A DNA stretch of 64,000 bases from an uncultured bacterium (lineage in GTDB: Bacteria; Acidobacteriota; HRBIN11; JAKEFK01), in assembly GCA_963837395.1 (NCBI GenBank), contig CAWINI010000003.1, positions 519,419 through 583,418 of the forward strand, in the 5' to 3' direction. The position numbers were made by a program, and so were the translations under genes. Shown piece after piece: positions 60,109-64,000 of this stretch. The notes under the pieces are model-generated. The model ran no database searches and was not told the origin of the DNA. It saw nothing but the letters and a program-made list of their open reading frames with translations. The stretch's first letter is position 1, and each line of letters begins with the position of its first letter.

Positions 60109-61176
60109 GTGCTTCCCCTTCTTATATATCTGCTTCACTTCCTTATGAATTTTCTTCCAGCGATCTTTTTCTGCGCGTTGCGCACGCGGATCTTCCTTCC
60201 GTTTTAGATACGCAATCTCGCGCTGCAATTTGATGTAGCTTTCGTATCTACCTTGATCTAGGTTTCCATCCTGCAACGCTTGACTCACTGCACATCCTGG
60301 TTCGGCACTATGACTGCAATCGGTAAATCGACAAGTTGCAGCAAGTTCAGCAATGTCTCGAAATGTATCCTGGACGCTTTGAGTTTCACCCCAGAGTTGG
60401 AGTTCGCGCAATCCCGGCGTATCGATTAACATCGCTCCCCAACCAAGCATCAACAACTCACGATGCGATGTTGTATGTCTGCCATGACTGTCGCGTTCAC
60501 GCACACCCTGAGTTGCTTGAATCTGTTTACCCATCAGATGATTAATGATGGTTGATTTTCCAACTCCGGAAGAACCAAGCAAAACTGCTGTGGATTTTCC
60601 AGGAAGATGTTTTTCAAACGCTTCCAAACCTTGATCGTACAGCGCACTCATTGCAACAATCGGAACATCTGCTGCAATCGATTCAACTTCTTTAATCCGT
60701 TCATTAACGTCATCACAAAGATCCGCTTTGTTTAAAACGATAATCGGACGCGCCCCGCTTTCCGCAGCCAGTACCAAATAACGTTCAATGCGGCGAAGAT
60801 TAAAATCATTATCCAGGCCGCTTACCAAAAAGACGGCATCAACATTTGCTGCTAAAACTTGTTGTTCGGTTCGATCTCCAGGCGCCTTTCGTACGAATTG
60901 CGTTTGGCGCGGCAAAATTTGTTCGATCCGCGCTGCACCATCACCAGTTGCGGTAACCACAACCCAATCACCAACTGCCGGAAGATCTTCGATTCCACGG
61001 GCATAATAGCGAACCTTGCCTGCAAGATGCGCAGATAAATCACCTTCCTCCGTTTTTAAAGTGTAACTATTCCGAAGTTGAGCAATGACACGTCCTGGAA
61101 TCAATCCATGATTAGCTAATTTCGAAAAAGCCTCATCAAAGAACGAGTTCCATCCATAACGAACTAGTAAGCTCAT
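60097..61176 (-). CDS. rsgA: Ribosome small subunit-dependent GTPase
   Basis: NKAD, GSSGVGKS, GRHTT, DTPG, CRFTDCSHSAEPGC. Confidence 0.95.
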   Translation of the reverse strand: MSLLVRYGWNSFFDEAFSKLANHGLIPGRVIAQLRNSYTLKTEEGDLSAHLAGKVRYYARGIEDLPAVGDWVVVTATGDGAARIEQILPRQTQFVRKAPGDRTEQQVLAANVDAVFLVSGLDNDFNLRRIERYLVLAAESGARPIIVLNKADLCDDVNERIKEVESIAADVPIVAMSALYDQGLEAFEKHLPGKSTAVLLGSSGVGKSTIINHLMGKQIQATQGVRERDSHGRHTTSHRELLMLGWGAMLIDTPGLRELQLWGETQSVQDTFRDIAELAATCRFTDCSHSAEPGCAVSQALQDGNLDQGRYESYIKLQREIAYLKRKEDPRAQRAEKDRWKKIHKEVKQIYKKGKHSAH

Positions 61177-61191
61177 ACCCCAGAGACGCAG

Positions 61192-61225
61192 ATTCGTAAT
61201 TCGTAATTCGCTATTCGTTGATCGT
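61192..61225. repeat. Heptamer tandem (ATTCGTA)n
   Basis: attcgtaattcgtaattcgctattcgttgatcgt. Confidence 0.7.
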
Positions 61226-61236
61226 ACTTCACTTTT

Positions 61237-62292
61237 TCATTGAAAAACATCTTTCAGGATCTTGAGTAACTCGAATCCATAGTTCTTTTGTAACGATGGC
61301 CCATTATGCGCTGGCTCAATCGCGGTGCCTTCGTACCATTCATTCCAGCTTGTAATCCAAATCACTTTTGCATTGGCTTGCCGATTCCACGAAACGGCAT
61401 TCTTAGCGGCTTCAGCCATACGGCGAAAATCATCCACAGAATCTAAAGTGTAATACAAAGCATCCTTATCTGAAGGCTTCCAAAACTGGGGATTAATTAC
61501 TGGATGGAATGCAACTGGTTCTGCGGTATCGTGATTTTTTACAACCTCAAGCATGCCAGCCCATTCGCGAAAATATTTTGCAGCAAGTGGAACCACATCG
61601 CCTGTCTTTTTTACGTCTTGTCTCAGAAATAATTCTTTTTGATTTAAAACGTAAGCCGATGCTGCATCAAAATATGGAAGACGTTCGAGGTCTATTTTAT
61701 CGGGCCATAAAAGATCGCCATCCAGATACAAGTCGTAACCATTTTTTTTGACTGCACGTCTCGCTTCAGCAAGTGCACGTTTCCAATTTCCTTTCCAGCC
61801 GCGAGCAATATATACCCAAACGACAGGCCTTCCATTGAACTTTAAATAACCTGGATGAGAGAAATAAGTCCGGCTCAAGTAATCAAAATCAGAAACAAAT
61901 TCGTGCAACAATCGGGGATCATCAAAATCAAATGGTGGGGATTGATATTGTGCGAACCGTGTGAGAGTGTCATATGCAACACAAAACTGCACATTTTTTA
62001 ATTCAGGTGATGCCAGGAATCGTTCACGTAGAACATTATTTTGTTCTTTATCTCTTCCGGCCCACTCCACTCCAAAGAAACCGATTCCATATTGATTAGC
62101 CCAACGAAGATGCTGATCGATCACTGAACTTTGTGCGGAATCATACGGACCTAACAACGGATCAGCATCAATATTCTGCCACGATGCCTGGCTGTACCAC
62201 AGGTAATAATGCGCTCCAAGCAAATAACGTTCGGGCTGCTGGGCAATGGCAAATGAAGCAAGCAGCAAAACAATAATCGATATCCGTATCAT
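61237..62292 (-). CDS. Secreted GH99/GH71-like glycoside hydrolase
   Basis: AHYYLWY, PLLGPYDS, TSWNEWYEGTAIEP. Confidence 0.78.
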   Translation of the reverse strand: MIRISIIVLLLASFAIAQQPERYLLGAHYYLWYSQASWQNIDADPLLGPYDSAQSSVIDQHLRWANQYGIGFFGVEWAGRDKEQNNVLRERFLASPELKNVQFCVAYDTLTRFAQYQSPPFDFDDPRLLHEFVSDFDYLSRTYFSHPGYLKFNGRPVVWVYIARGWKGNWKRALAEARRAVKKNGYDLYLDGDLLWPDKIDLERLPYFDAASAYVLNQKELFLRQDVKKTGDVVPLAAKYFREWAGMLEVVKNHDTAEPVAFHPVINPQFWKPSDKDALYYTLDSVDDFRRMAEAAKNAVSWNRQANAKVIWITSWNEWYEGTAIEPAHNGPSLQKNYGFELLKILKDVFQ

Positions 62293-62307
62293 TGCAGACT
62301 AATATAG

Positions 62308-62416
62308 AGATTCAAGATACAAGATGCAGGATACACGGCGTTTTACAACGATCTGAAATCGCCTTGCATCTTGGATCTTGTATCCTGCATCTTCCTGCAT
62401 CTTGGATCTTGCATCT
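62308..62416. repeat. Inverted heptamer array (CAAGATG)n / (CATCTTG)n
   Basis: caagatacaagatgcaggatac ... gcatcttggatcttgtatcctgcatc. Confidence 0.85.
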
Positions 62417-62440
62417 GAGCTATGTTAATCTGACCCCGAG

Positions 62441-63433
62441 ATGATTATTGGGCTAACAGGTAAAAATGCATCAGGCAAAGGTGAAGTTGCTAATTATCTA
62501 AAAGATAAAAGCTTCTATTTTTATTCCCTTTCCGATGCAATCCGCGATGAATTGAACTCCCGCAAAATCCCGATTACTCGCGATTCATTAATTGAAACTG
62601 GAAATGAATTGCGTTCCAAGTTTGGTGCAGATATTCTAGCTCGCCGGATCATTGAAAAATTAGATGCGAATCGCAATTACGTTATTGATTCGATCCGGAA
62701 TCCGGCTGAAGTGGAAGCATTTCGCAAAACAGGGCGATTCGTTTTGTTGAATATCGATGCGCCTGATGAGGTTCGTTTTGAAAGGATCAAAGCACGGAAT
62801 CGCGAAAATGATCCGAAGACAATGAAAGAGTTTCGACAAAAAGAAGACGCCGAAAGCAAGAATGTCCCGGCTCACATGCAAAGTATTGAAGACTGTCAGG
62901 CGATGGCTGATTTTACGATTGTCAATGATGGTTCTCTGGAAAAATTACACAACAAGGTTCAGGAGATTGCGTCATCGGCAGTTGGAAAGTTTAGTCGTCC
63001 GGGTTGGGATGAATATTTCATGTCTATCGCTCAAGTTGTTGCCAGCCGTAGTAATTGTGTAAAACGCAAAGTGGCAGCTTTGATAGTAAAAGATCGACGG
63101 ATCATATCAACCGGCTACAACGGCACACCCAGGGGCACAAAAAATTGCAATGAAGGTGGATGTCCGCGATGCAATTCGTTAGCAGCAAGCGGTACATCGC
63201 TTGAAGAATGTTTTTGTTCGCATGGTGAAGAGAACGCGATCACGCAAGCTGCTTATCATGGAACATCTTTAAAAGGGTCAACATTGTATTCCACATTTTC
63301 ACCCTGCCTTCTTTGCACGAAAATGATTATCAACGCTGGCATCATGGAAGTTGTGTTCAACCATGAATATCCCCTTTCACAAACTTCCGTTGCCCTCTTA
63401 CAAGAAGCAGGTGTGCTAGTACGAAAGTTATGA
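62441..63433 (+). CDS. P-loop kinase-like domain fused to dCMP deaminase
   Basis: GLTGKNASGKG, IDSIRN; RPGWDEYF, GYNG, HGEENA, PCLLC. Confidence 0.9.
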   Translation: MIIGLTGKNASGKGEVANYLKDKSFYFYSLSDAIRDELNSRKIPITRDSLIETGNELRSKFGADILARRIIEKLDANRNYVIDSIRNPAEVEAFRKTGRFVLLNIDAPDEVRFERIKARNRENDPKTMKEFRQKEDAESKNVPAHMQSIEDCQAMADFTIVNDGSLEKLHNKVQEIASSAVGKFSRPGWDEYFMSIAQVVASRSNCVKRKVAALIVKDRRIISTGYNGTPRGTKNCNEGGCPRCNSLAASGTSLEECFCSHGEENAITQAAYHGTSLKGSTLYSTFSPCLLCTKMIINAGIMEVVFNHEYPLSQTSVALLQEAGVLVRKL

Positions 63434-63897
63434 ACTACAAAGTTTCACTATGGGCTATATTAGCCCTCATTGCCCTAGTTGTTTCATTAAATGGATGCGC
63501 AGGAAACGGTAAAGGACTCGATGAGAATGGCAATCCGGTTGGAAGTGGTGATGGTGGAGGCGGCTTGCCGGTTGCGTTTGAACCGACGTTTACAAACATT
63601 CAGACAAATGTTTTCAATGCCATTTGCATCCAATGTCATGTTGGTGCGGCGGCACCTCAAGGCTTAAGACTGGATGAGCAAAATTCTTATGATTCGATTG
63701 TAAACATAATTTCCCAGGAAAGGTCTGATTTATTTCGAGTTCAACCAAACAATCCTGATAACAGTTATTTAATCAGGAAATTGGAAGGCGGACCCGAGAT
63801 TGCAGGCGCACAAATGCCATTGAATCTCACACCCCTACCACAAGAAACTATTAATGCTATCCGCGTTTGGATCTCCCAGGGTGCCCAGCGCAACTGA
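63430..63897 (+). CDS. Monohaem c-type cytochrome lipoprotein
   Basis: Lipobox LNGC; CIQCH; SYLIRKL; AQMP; WISQGA. Confidence 0.8.
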   Translation: MNYKVSLWAILALIALVVSLNGCAGNGKGLDENGNPVGSGDGGGGLPVAFEPTFTNIQTNVFNAICIQCHVGAAAPQGLRLDEQNSYDSIVNIISQERSDLFRVQPNNPDNSYLIRKLEGGPEIAGAQMPLNLTPLPQETINAIRVWISQGAQRN

Positions 63898-63903
63898 GGA
63901 CGT

Positions 63904-64000
63904 ATGAAAAAAATACTGTTGTTGTTGATCACTCTTTTTCCTGTTGTACTTTTTGCTGAACCTTACATCGCAATTCGCGAAGGATTAAAGTGTAGTGCAT
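63904..64000 (+). CDS. Secreted protein, 3'-truncated; probable N-terminal CxxCH
   Basis: Not in the ORF track; reads MKKILLLLITLFPVVLFA-EPYIAIREGLKCSA(t..); GAGGA SD. Confidence 0.65.
   Translation, partial: MKKILLLLITLFPVVLFAEPYIAIREGLKCSA

Overview
A ~43% GC bacterial chromosome segment, mostly housekeeping and probably Acidobacteriota-like (ADOP permease; lysS-lolCE-lolD-clpC-bamA-skp-fabZ-lpxA order). It holds an A2-type caa3 oxidase operon, an orphan UpxY/NusG paralog, two PYROXD2-like flavoproteins with a divergent GcvT-family gene, a RnfD-like gene with two DUF2330 paralogs, a long GreA, fadN-fadA-fadE, bactofilins, pepA, ccdA, nrnA, rsgA, a P-loop kinase/dCMP deaminase fusion and the start of a possible cytochrome-porin pair. 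I found no tRNA, rRNA, CRISPR array, integrase or transposase. The most distinctive signal is non-coding. Many intergenic gaps carry short palindromic elements from several families: inverted heptamer and hexamer arrays, ACCACAGAG-type elements and GTAG/GGAG REP-like hairpins. One element is nested, and several supply stop codons or C-terminal residues to neighbouring genes. One gene is flanked by a 36-37 bp direct repeat. Four genes, including fabZ, are frameshifted, most likely from assembly indels. All product calls come from motif recognition by eye, not database searches.
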